The notes: generated by a model from the sequence alone, not told the origin. Numbered from the stretch's first letter, positions 27,901-38,865 are shown. The stretch: DNA of 64,000 nt from Auanema rhodensis (GCA_964057225.1 OZ059900.1:14384001-14448000); one strand, 5' to 3'. A program made the numbers and translations.

Positions 27901-30182
27901 ATACTCACGACTATACTACCGAGGATTGAATTTGCACTTAAAAACTTTCATTAAGAGTGTGAGTTTGAATTAAAGTAGAAAAATGAAACACTGTCTCTAA
28001 CATATCTTGATTTATGGCCTACTTTACTCAAAGAGCTAATTGAAGTTTGGTGTTACAATGAACAATTGATTAACGCTGACGTTTCAATTTTTTTCATCGT
28101 AATTGAGATAGAACATTTAAATTAAATGGAAATGTTTAACAATTTAGAAAAAAAACACAAGCTCAAATCACTTTTGAAAAAACAGAAAGTTTAAAACAAC
28201 CTTTTTTCTAATAATTATCTTTTTTATCCGACTTTTGGAAAGAAACAAAAATATCATAAGATTCAATAACGATGAATCAGAACAAAAACATTCTCCCCGG
28301 CCGGGAATTGAACCCGGGTCTCGCATGTGACAGACGCGGATACTCACCACTATACTACCGAGGATTGAATTTGCACTTAGAAACTTTCATTGAGAGTGTG
28401 AGTTTGAATTAAAGTAGAAAAATGAAACACTGTCTCTAAGATATCTTGATTTATGGCCTATTTTACTCAAAGAGCTAATTGAAGTTTGGTGTTAGAATGA
28501 GCAATTGATTAACGCTGACGTTTCAATTTTTTTCATCGTAATTGAGATAGAACATTTAAATTAAATGGAAATGTTTAACAATTTAGAAAAAAAACACAAG
28601 CTCAAATCACTTTTGAAAAAACAGAAAGTTTAAAACAACCTTTTTTCTCATAATTATCTTTTTTATCCGACTTTTGGAAAAAAACAAAAATAGCATAACA
28701 TTCAATAACGATGAATCAGAACAAAAACATTCTCCCCGGCCGGGAATTGAACCCGGGTCTCGCATGTGACAGACGCGGATACTCACGACTATACTACCGA
28801 GGATTGAATTTGCACTTAAAAACTTTCATTAAGAATGTGAGTTTGAATTAAAGTAGAAAAATGAAACACTGTCTCTAACATATCTTGATTTATGGCCTAC
28901 TTTACTCAAAGAGCTAATTGAAGTTTGGTGTTAGAATGAACAATTGATTAACGCTGACGTTTCAATTTTTTTCATCGTAGTTGAGATAGAACATTTAAAT
29001 TAAATGGAAATGTTTAACAATTTAGAAAAAAACACAAGCTCAAATCACTTTTGAAAAAGCAGAAAGTTTAAAATAACCTTTTTTCTAATAATTATCTTTT
29101 TAATTCGACTTTTGGAAGAAAACAAAAATAGCATAACATTCAATAACGATGAATCAGAACAAAAACATTCTCCCCGGCCGGGAATTGAACCCGGGTCTCG
29201 CATGTGACAGACGCGGATACTCACCACTATACTACCGAGGATTGAATTTGCACTTAGAAACTTTCATTAAGAGTGTGAGTTTGAATTAAAGTAGAAAAAT
29301 GAAACACTGTCTCTAACATATCTTGATTCATGGCCTACTTTACTCAAAGAGCTAATTGAAGTTTGGTGTTAAAATGAACAATTGATTAACGCTGACGTTC
29401 CGTTTTTTTTCATCGTAATTGATATAGAACATTTAAATTAAATGGAAATGTTTAACAATTTAGAAAAAAAACACAAGCTCAAATCACTTTTGAAAAAACA
29501 GAAAGTTTAAAACAACCTTTTTTCTAATAATTATCTTTTTTATCCGACTTTTGGAAAAAAACAAAAATAGCATAACATTCAATAACGATGAATCAGAACA
29601 AAAACATTCTCCCCGGCCGGGAATTGAACCCGGGTCTCGCATGTGACAGACGCGGATACTCACCACTATACTACCGAGGATTGAATTTGCACTTAGAAAC
29701 TTTCATTAAGAGTGTGAGTTTGAAATATAGTAGAAAAATGAAACACTGACTCTAACATATATTGATTTATGGCCTACTTTACTCAAAGAGCTAATTGAAG
29801 TTTGGTGTTAAAATGAACAATTGATTAACGCTGACGTTCCGTTTTTTTTCATCGTAATTGAGATAGAACATTTAAATTAAATGGAAATGTTTAACAATTT
29901 AGAAAAAAAACACAAGCTCAAATCACTTTTGAAAAAAAAGAAAGTTTAAAACAACCTTTTTTCTAATAATTATCTTTTTTATCCGACTTTTGGAAAAAAA
30001 CAAAAATAGCATAACATTCAATAACGATGAATCAGAACAAAAACATTCTCCCCGGCCGGGAATTGAACCCGGGTCTCGCATGTGACAGACGCGGATACTC
30101 ACGACTATACTACCGAGGATTGAATTTGCACTTAGAAACTTTCATTAAGAGTGTGAGTTTGAAATATAGTAGAAAAATGAAA
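24970..30182 (-). repeat. Tandem tRNA-Asp array, segment 2 (about 12 full tRNA copies, one partial copy, two internal deletion junctions)
   Basis: The unit resumes in the original orientation, with junctions at 26614/26615 and 26966/26967. Confidence 0.95.
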
Positions 30183-30254
30183 TGTCGCGGTTAGCGATTA
30201 TTTTTCATTATTTTTTCGGAAAACCGACAACCGAATACCTTCGCCTAAGCGACA
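30183..30254 (+). repeat. 5' LTR, only 72 bp
   Basis: Starts TGTCGC, ends GCGACA, is followed by the PBS, and aligns to the two ends of the 305-bp 3' LTR. Confidence 0.9.
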
Positions 30255-30255
30255 T

Positions 30256-30268
30256 TGGTGCATCGACC
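30256..30268 (+). promoter_or_regulatory. Primer binding site, tRNA-Gly(GCC)
   Basis: TGGTGCATCGACC lies 1 nt after the LTR and is complementary to ...GGUCGAUGCACCA, the 3' end of nematode tRNA-Gly(GCC) as recalled. Confidence 0.88.
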
Positions 30269-30537
30269 ATCACGACTCAGGTCACTGCTTCAACAGGTAC
30301 TTTATCATTTAATTTGGTGGCGACTCTTAAGTCCATCAGCTCAGGCGTGAATTTGCCTGCAGTAATCGATATAATTTCGGAGCATAATAACGCTCCAAGA
30401 TACGACAAGTCGTATATCTCATACTCATTTGTTGTACTTTGTACAACTTTCATTTCTTGTTCTCTCTCATTTTCTGAATTTTATTCATCATTATCAGCTA
30501 TAGAAGCTTACCTATTACGCCTCACACAGCGTTAGAA

Positions 30538-33500
30538 ATGGCCTCCTCATTTGTTGGCGACATTCGTCGTTCATACGACTTCTTATCCGTTTTGCTCAAA
30601 CGTTACGCAAATCTTCTCGACAACGAACCCGCCGGGGTATCTGATTCAGAAATAACATACGATAGAATTATTTTACTGCAATCAACTTTACGCAATCATG
30701 AATTGGTATTGAACGAGCTCTCTACTGCTCTCGACACAGTGAACAGAAACATAGAAAAATACCAAACCGTTTTCAAAGATTCTGATAAGGAACTTCGAAA
30801 CGAAATGAAAGCATTATACGAAGAACTTGAAGAAAATCCAAACAATCGTCAAGCTTACAATATAGCTGACGAACAAAGATTATTACTCCTTGACCGTATC
30901 AGTCATATTAAAACAGCAATTGCATTCGTGGAATCACTACTTCCCGAGAAAAAGAAAGAAAAAGTAATCGAAAGCACTGGTTCCGAAACAACACAAATTT
31001 ATTCAAATTTATTACAATTGTTACAAACAAGCAATCACATTCAACGTCCGGTAACACAAATACCGACTTTCGATGGTACACCCGAAAATTTCAAACTGTA
31101 TTGGTCAAGATTTAATAACATGATACATCAAAATTCACAATATTCCATACTTGATAAAGTGAACATTTTACTCGAAGGCTTATCCGATAAAGCTTTGGTC
31201 GTTATAAGGGGTATTGAACCTAATGAAAACAACTATCTCTTACTGAGAAAAGCACTTGAAGATGCATATATGAGATATGCTACAGATAAACTTCAATTAT
31301 TGAGGAAAATGAAAAATTTATCTCCTGCTTCTGATGCAAAAAGCTGTAAGCAATTATTTGATTTGATCCAAAGCTATGATCGTCAAATTACAGCCGCTGG
31401 AAGTCATATTTGTCCTGCATTTTTCTTTACTATTTGCGCTGAAAAATTTCCTCATTATATAATGAGTGAACTATATCGTCAACCAGATCCTCTAGATCAA
31501 TCAATGGATGACATTTATCAACATCTCTCTTCACGAATTTATGAATTCAGTTTAATGGACACTAGAAAACGAAATTCAGAACATGACTCACATAATTCAC
31601 CAAATCGTGGAAAACATGTTGATAAAACTTTCGACAAATCCACTAAAAAGATTTGGACTTGTGTTTTTTGTGGTAAAGAAGGACATCCATCTTATTATTG
31701 CCGTACTTATGACACACCACAGAAAAAACGTGAAATCTTAAAGAACAAAGAAGTATGCTGGCTTTGTTTCTCTACTTCACATCGCAGTCGTGATTGTTCT
31801 CGACCGAAATGCCCGAAATGCAAAAATGAGCACAACAGTTGCTTATGTCTAAATTTAGATCGTGAAACAAAGAGTCCTGTAAAACCTATATCGTCCACAA
31901 GCATGATTATAACAGAAAGTGCAGGACAACAAACTCCAGACCTTACAGTCTCACAAAATAAAAATGACATCATTTCTACACCAACTGTATCACAAACAGT
32001 ACCTACAGTACAACCAGCATTTTTCAATCATCTACCAGTAACATTAATAGTTACTGAACCTAAGAATACACAATTACAATTGCTCACACATACCGAGGAT
32101 ACCCATGATATCGAGATGAGTCAAATTGTATTGAAAACAGCTATGACACATATATTCAGTTACACACAAAATAAATATATCACAGTAAAGGTAGTGATTG
32201 ACAGTGGCTCTATGCGGTCTTTCATACGTAGTGATATAGCTAAGGATCTTCAATTGCCTATTAACAAAGTTCAACATCGCACATTCTTTGGAATAGGTGG
32301 CCTCAGCGAAACACATGAATGTAAAGAAGTGAAAACTATTTTTTATACTTCTAATGGCAGTATCATCATAACCAACATGCTTACGAAACCATTCATAGCT
32401 ACATCATTAAGAGCTCCACTTTTAGACAATAATGATCGTTCATTCATTAAAAGAAACAATATAACTTTAGCTAATCCAATGATTGATGGTCAGGCATTTG
32501 AACCAGATATTCTAATTGGATTAGATCGCTATAAGTTATTCGTTCATATGAATTCTGAACTTGAGTTACCCTCTACATTAAGAATGCAGAATACCAGTTT
32601 CGGTTATACCTTGTATGGGGAAATACCATATCAAAATCATTCTGTTACGTTAATAACAATTAATGATAAACCATTACAACATAATGATATGCTTCGATAC
32701 ATATTTGAAATTGATAGCTTAGGAATTAATACTTCTGAAGCTGGAATTGACACAACTATTGATTATTACGAAGATTATTCAAAACAGTTGACACTAACCA
32801 ATCATCGTATTGAAGCTCCTTTACCTTTGAAATCAAATTATCATCAATTACCAGATAATAAAGGTTTAGCCTTTTATCGATTTTTGGCATTGTTCAAAAC
32901 TTTACAAGCAAATCCTTCGAAATTGGAAATGTACAGGAAAATTATTGATGATTATATCGATAACGGTATCATTGAAGAAGTTCCTTTTGAAACTTCCAAC
33001 AATAATCATAATTCTGATATTATATGTCATTATATTCCACATCATGGGGTATGGAATACAAACAAGCCGAATAAACCTTTACGAGTTGTTTTCGATGCTT
33101 CAGCTAAAACTAAGGGTAAATTATCCCTTAACGACATACTATATACTGGAAAAAGTTTTGTGAACAATATTTTCAACATTCTCATTGCTTCAAGAATAAA
33201 ACCAATCATTATTACTTGTGATATTCAATCAGCCTTTTTACAAGTAGGCTTACAGAAGCAACATCGGGATCTTTGCCGTTTCTTTTGGGTAAAGGATCCT
33301 CAAGGAAGTTGTAACTCAAGTTATACTAAAGTTTTTCGATTCAAACGCATACCATTTGGATTGACTGCCTCACCTAGCATTCTAAACATGAGTGTAAATT
33401 GGTATTTATGCTCTTTGAATACTGACTTATCAGATGAAATATTAAATATATTATATGTAGATAATATTCTATTATTTGCTGATAGTATAGATGAAGCTCA

Positions 33501-33651
33501 ACAGAAATGTTCACTTACACAACAATTATTTCAAAATATTTCGATGCATGTTTGTGAATTCGCATCCAATAAGTCAGAAGCTCTTCAGCACCTTCATAAA
33601 GATGATATTCTCTCTGATTGTCCACTAAAAAATTCTTGGAGTACCTTATAA
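30538..33651 (+). CDS. gag-pol: BEL/Pao polyprotein part 1: Gag, three zinc knuckles, aspartic protease, reverse transcriptase
   Basis: IPTFDG..F..YW..F (DUF1759-type Gag); CVFCGKEGHPSYYC, CWLCFSTSHRSRDC and CPKCKNEHNSCLC; protease IDSGS; RT motifs RVVFDAS, DIQSAFLQV, PFGLTASP and YVDN. The frame is broken by an extra A at 33627-33632. Confidence 0.96.
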   Translation: MASSFVGDIRRSYDFLSVLLKRYANLLDNEPAGVSDSEITYDRIILLQSTLRNHELVLNELSTALDTVNRNIEKYQTVFKDSDKELRNEMKALYEELEENPNNRQAYNIADEQRLLLLDRISHIKTAIAFVESLLPEKKKEKVIESTGSETTQIYSNLLQLLQTSNHIQRPVTQIPTFDGTPENFKLYWSRFNNMIHQNSQYSILDKVNILLEGLSDKALVVIRGIEPNENNYLLLRKALEDAYMRYATDKLQLLRKMKNLSPASDAKSCKQLFDLIQSYDRQITAAGSHICPAFFFTICAEKFPHYIMSELYRQPDPLDQSMDDIYQHLSSRIYEFSLMDTRKRNSEHDSHNSPNRGKHVDKTFDKSTKKIWTCVFCGKEGHPSYYCRTYDTPQKKREILKNKEVCWLCFSTSHRSRDCSRPKCPKCKNEHNSCLCLNLDRETKSPVKPISSTSMIITESAGQQTPDLTVSQNKNDIISTPTVSQTVPTVQPAFFNHLPVTLIVTEPKNTQLQLLTHTEDTHDIEMSQIVLKTAMTHIFSYTQNKYITVKVVIDSGSMRSFIRSDIAKDLQLPINKVQHRTFFGIGGLSETHECKEVKTIFYTSNGSIIITNMLTKPFIATSLRAPLLDNNDRSFIKRNNITLANPMIDGQAFEPDILIGLDRYKLFVHMNSELELPSTLRMQNTSFGYTLYGEIPYQNHSVTLITINDKPLQHNDMLRYIFEIDSLGINTSEAGIDTTIDYYEDYSKQLTLTNHRIEAPLPLKSNYHQLPDNKGLAFYRFLALFKTLQANPSKLEMYRKIIDDYIDNGIIEEVPFETSNNNHNSDIICHYIPHHGVWNTNKPNKPLRVVFDASAKTKGKLSLNDILYTGKSFVNNIFNILIASRIKPIIITCDIQSAFLQVGLQKQHRDLCRFFWVKDPQGSCNSSYTKVFRFKRIPFGLTASPSILNMSVNWYLCSLNTDLSDEILNILYVDNILLFADSIDEAQQKCSLTQQLFQNISMHVCEFASNKSEALQHLHKDDILSDCPLKNSWSTL

Positions 33652-36600
33652 TGCTCTAAGTGATTCCCTTTCAATTCGATTCAATATACTGGAACTCTCA
33701 ACAGTAACCAAACGAAACGCATTACAACAATTACATTCAGTTTATGATCCTTTGGGTATAACAAATCCATTAATTTTACCCTTGAAGGTTATTCTTAGAG
33801 ATATTTTTGCACTTAAAACAGAATGGGATGATACTATACCTTCTGAATTATCAGCCTCTTGGACATCAATAATTAACGAAATTAATTATGCTAAGGTTAC
33901 TGTACCTCGTGTACTATCACCATCTATTGAAGAAGGTACATTATGGATCTTTGCTGACGCTAGTTCAACAGCGTTAGCTGTGTGTGCTTACATACAGACA
34001 AACAACAAAATGAGTTCTATTCTAGCAGGTGAAAGCCGCTTATCTCCTAAAACACCAATTACAATTCCACGTATGGAACTCTTAGCTATTCGATTAGCTA
34101 TGAGACTTTCTCACACAATATTAATGGAATTACCATGTAAAAAACTAAATATTGTAAGTGATAGCAGCATTGCGTTATCATGGATTTTAACAAATAAGCA
34201 ATTACCTGACTTCATAGCAAAACAAGTTCAAAATGTACAACATATGACCCGTGTATTAGAAGAACATTCGATTAATGTTCAATTTTACCATGTTACTACG
34301 GATTATAATCCGGCTGACATTGGTTCACGAGGAGCCAATAAATATCAACTTCAGGAGTCTATGTGGCTTCTTGGACCACAGTGGATTCTTAACAGAACCG
34401 TTCAAGCTTTAACACCATATGGTTCCTTGCAAGTGATGCATGTTTCACCTGTATCATTACTTATAGCTCAAGCTATATCTGTACCCTTGGAACATAACCT
34501 AGCTTATCATAACGGTCATTTTGCAACTTTACGTTTGTTAGCCCGTTTGGCTAAAATTATAAAAATTTGGCATTTAAAAACATTTAAAAATCAAAATGGA
34601 CATAAATTACGAAATATTTCACAAATATCAACATCATATCCCGTTTTAACAACTGATTTGAAGATACTACGTACTATTTTAATTCGACAAGCTCAAGATC
34701 ATCTCATTATTGATGATTTACGACGACAATATCCTGGTTATCATTTCTATCTTGATGATAACGAGATAATTCGAGTAAGAAGCCGATTACAAAATTCTTT
34801 ACTATCCTATGATACAAAAAACCCAATTTATCTTCCTCGCAACTCATTATTCACTCAACACATAATTATGGACGCTCATCGCGCATCTTTTCATCAAGGA
34901 AAAGAATTTTTGATCACACATCTTCGTCAAACTTATTTTATTGCTCGCGCTGCAGCAATTATAAAACAAACTTTGAAGAAATGTCATTTATGCAATAAAT
35001 ATCAATCTTTACCATATGGCACTCCTGATATGCCTTCATTGCCTAAAGATAGAGTGATATTAACTAAACCATTTCTTAACACTGGGTGCGACTTATTTGG
35101 ACCTATTATGCTTAAAAGTGGACATAAGGTCTATGTTTGTCTTTTTACTTGCTTAACCATACGTGCCATTCATCTTGAAATGGTCTATGATCAAACAGCG
35201 ACTTCATTTATGAACGCTTTCACTCGTTTCATAGCCCGACGAGGTTTACCAACCACAATGCGAAGTGATTGTGGGGGTAATTTTATTCTCGGAGCTCAAT
35301 TAATTGAGACAATACAAAAATCAGCTGAATTTAATTTCACCCCAGCTGATATTGTAGTCCATCTAGCCAAAAATAACATAAATTGGCTCTTTAACACACC
35401 TAAGTCTCCATGGAAAGGAGGTTCTTGGGAAAGAATGGTGGGAATTACTAAAAATGCAATGAAAAAGGCAATACAAAGAAATAAATTAACATTTGATGAA
35501 TTATTAACTTTAATTGTCAAAATTGAAGCAGTCATTAACACAAGGCCTTTAACACATCCAGATCCAAATAATATAAATCACGTACCTATTCGTCCTGTCG
35601 ATTTCATTTCGCCTGGTCTTGTTCTTTCCCTACCGGATGATTGTGGTTTTCGAGTTTATAATAATTCCATTGATATTCCTGTAATACAAAACGTTGAACA
35701 AGCATTAGAAACTTTACAACTTACTTCTGATGCAGCTACGATGTTTTGGGATAAATTTCAAACAGAATATTTGATATATATTCGTGATATATACAAACAT
35801 TCCCGAAAACAACCTTCAGCAAATGCCAATAAACCTAATATTGGTGAAATTGTAGTTATACATAACGATAACTTACCTCGTGGTCAATGGAAACTTGGTC
35901 GAATCACAGAACTTATAAGTAGTTCTGATGGATTCATTCGTACAGCTAAAGTTCTCACTCCAGCTGGGAACATCATATCACGTTCCTTAAATCATCTATA
36001 TCCACTTGAATTACGAAGTGTTTTACCTGATATGACATCAATTCCTCGATCTACTCCTTCCGAAGACACTTCATTGTCTTTGAAGGTAGGATCTGCTTCG
36101 GATATGATGAACCTTGATGCTCAACCAATACAGGAATATATTATAAGATCAAACTCACCTGTACCTTCAATCCATGAAACGAACAATGTGGTTACATGTC
36201 CTGAACCAATAGATATTAATAATCCTCAAAAAATTTACATACCTACGTCCAAAATTTCTTCGATACATAATCCGATCCTTGAGGAAGAAGCTGAATTACA
36301 ATTATGGGGTCCAGGTCATACGCCTGACGATAATCGTAAAAAATTACAAAAGAAAAACACAAGTAAAGCAAAACAAACCATAATTTTGCCTACCATTGAC
36401 CAAAACGACGTAAAACCATCTACTGAAACAAACGAAAAACGTGTTCGCACCTTACCTTTACGGGATCACATCACATACGCTTCGCGAAAGAATTTCAAAT
36501 CAGCAATGACGTCTGCAATTTTAATTTTTACAATAATATCGATATTTTTACCCGTAGCATCTGCAAATTCTGTAGTATGTGATGAGGCAAAGTTTTTATC

Positions 36601-38452
36601 CATACATTTGCTTGGAAACCCACATTGTGCTCCTCATCTTGCCATGTGGTCATTGTTCTTACCACTTTGTTGTTTATTTGGCATCCTTTGTTGTTGTATA
36701 CGCATAGGATTCCATCAATATCGATATAATTCCTGGTCTAATACTATTCGTTACATATCTTCTTTTTTCACACTTAGACCTCATACTCCGGAACAGAATG
36801 ATATTGAATTAGGAGTTATTGAACCTCCTCCAACTTCATCTGAGAATATTCCACATATAGAACCTAAATTATATCCTCCATTTTGGAAAAGAGGTTCTCG
36901 ATTATCAATTATCAGTATACTAACGATATTTCTGATTAATAATGCTACTGCTTGTACCGATCATCACGTTATTCATTCGGTTTCTACACATTGTCTGAAT
37001 CGTACTCAATGTTATCACCAATATAGTGATCAAATAGTTTTTTCTCCTGGAGTTAAAGATTTATGCCTGGATATAAAATTTAAAAATCATTCTATTGGTT
37101 ATATTCAAATTCGAAAATTATATACAAGTTATGAATGTAAGAAAACCACAAAATTTTTTACAAAGGCTACTTTGCCTAAACTAACTGTTGATTTTCGATG
37201 TGCTCATATGGGATCTTGTGATCAAACTTGTGAAACTATGAATCATCGCTCTCGTATTTCTGAATTCGAACCATATAATTATCCAACACAATCCAAATGT
37301 GTCCGGTCTTTAGCACATATATGGCGTTGTTTGACATTTTGGGAAAACCCTTGTCTTTTCTACAAATTAGAACATGTACCTACTTCGGACGACATATTTG
37401 AAGTATTTAAATGTGAAGATTGGACAACATCTTCAACTTTTGAAATTACAACACATATTGTTAAAGATAAAAATATTTATAATATCACAATTCCACCATA
37501 TTTGAAGATGAATTACTCTTTTTTCAATATGACGATCAATACACAAGACAAACCTCCTACTCCACTTCATAATTATTATTTTGTTGCTTCAAACAATCAA
37601 ATCTTTGCTGTTGAACCACATTTTCCATTTATGGTACAATGTATTTCGAAGGCAGACACTTCCGACAATTTTTCAAGATGTACAACGGTTATCGATTGTA
37701 CTTGTAACAAAATCAATAATGATGTTGCTGGCTGTATATGTCCACAACATAATTTCACACATTTTTCTCATATTTTACCTCCGTATATGGCAAATACGGA
37801 AACAATCTATAAACCCGATACATCCTTAACTTTTCGAACTCAGTCTGATGAAACTACAGTTTCAATTGATTCTGAACTTTTATATGACAGTAATACATTT
37901 TCCTATGATATACCTTGTCGTCCCTTATTGATCAGTCTCTCCGGATGTTATTCCTGTGGGCAGGGTGCATCTGCATTGTTTTCTTGTATGTCATCTAAAG
38001 AAACATGGATACCGATCGAGTGTTCAAAAGATGTATTCATGATTAAATGTTCACCCTTCAATGAAATTACAAATATCAATATTAAAAGAGATAATTCAAT
38101 CATAAATGAAGTTTGTCATACTAAATGTAATCATGAAAAAATTGATATAATTGTAACGGGACAATTATATTTTAATTCATCTACTAATGAACCAAATGAA
38201 ATTCATTCAAATCAGAATTCAGTTATAATACCTGACATAATTCCTTTTTTGAAACTTTTTAAAGAACACTGGATGATGTTTTCAATCTGCGTTGTTTTTC
38301 TGATCATCATATGTTTTTTGGGATACCTAGGTTGTACTCCAGCCATTTATTTTTTCTTGATCACAGCTTTCCGTACTATTAAAATCATAATAGATACAAC
38401 AACCAAGTTTTTCTATATTCTTAGAAATCTTTGTTTTGATAGAAGATTTTAA
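33630..38452 (+). CDS. pol-env: BEL/Pao polyprotein part 2: RT C-terminus, RNase H, integrase, envelope. Continues part 1 across a +1 frameshift (the ORF track starts it at 33752).
   Basis: The frame opens with KILGVPYN...TKR...YDPLG. RNase H: FADAS, RMEL, SDS, NPADIGSRG. Integrase: HHCC, GCDLFGP, RSDCG, WERMV, plus a DUF5641-type PRGQWKLGRI. The C-terminus is a Cys-rich glycoprotein with a TM segment. Confidence 0.95.
36953..38452 (+). other. env: Phlebovirus Gc/G2-like class II fusion glycoprotein domain (about 499 aa)
   Basis: Follows the signal-like LSIISILTIFLINNATA. Contains RCAHMGSC, PCLFY, EVFKCEDW and LSGCYSCGQGA, many N-x-S/T sequons, and a C-terminal TM. Nematode BEL elements are known to carry this family. 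Confidence 0.88.
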
Positions 38453-38560
38453 CATTGAACTAATTCCGTACTATCCTTAAAAATCTTACTATATAAGCAT
38501 CATGGGTCATTATGCGACGGACAACGTCGCAAAAGGCCAATGGCTTAGCTGCGGCGGCAC

Positions 38561-38865
38561 TGTCGCGTCGCGGTTAGCGATTATTTTTTATTCTTTTTTC
38601 TATGTTTTGTTCCATTTCAGTTTTGTTTTTATCGTTTTCCTTTACTTTGTCTATTTCAGATTGTACTTTTCGGCCCGCCTTCCCATATCTTCATCTTTGG
38701 GATCGGAAAATACGATATACCTCAACTTACTTCAACGGAGTATAGACGATCTATATTTTGTTGATATTGTTAACTTTCTCTTTAATAAAGCATTCTACCA
38801 CTGACTATCTGTTCTATTAATTCTCAGCGGAATACCGACAACCGAATACCTTCGCCTAAGCGACA
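38561..38865 (+). repeat. 3' LTR, 305 bp
   Basis: TGTCGC...GCGACA, AATAAA at 38784-38789, followed by the TSD. A near-identical LTR is at 63031-63337. Confidence 0.93.

Larger units (their letters stand above)
30183..38865 (+). mobile_element. Full-length BEL/Pao (Belpaoviridae) LTR retroelement with a phlebovirus-like envelope
   Basis: TGTCGC...GCGACA termini, 5-bp TSD TGAAA (30178-30182 and 38866-38870), PBS, and domain order gag-PR-RT-RH-IN-env. Confidence 0.97.

Noticed and set aside
30182-30535. 117-aa ORF upstream of gag (also 24060-24413)
   Set aside because: Its ATG is created by the TSD/LTR junction (A+TG). It crosses the LTR and PBS, is out of frame with gag and shows no recognisable motif.
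38502-38804. 100-aa hydrophobic ORF over the 3' LTR (81 aa in the second copy)
   Set aside because: The hydrophobicity comes from the T-rich LTR, and the frame is changed by an indel in the other copy.
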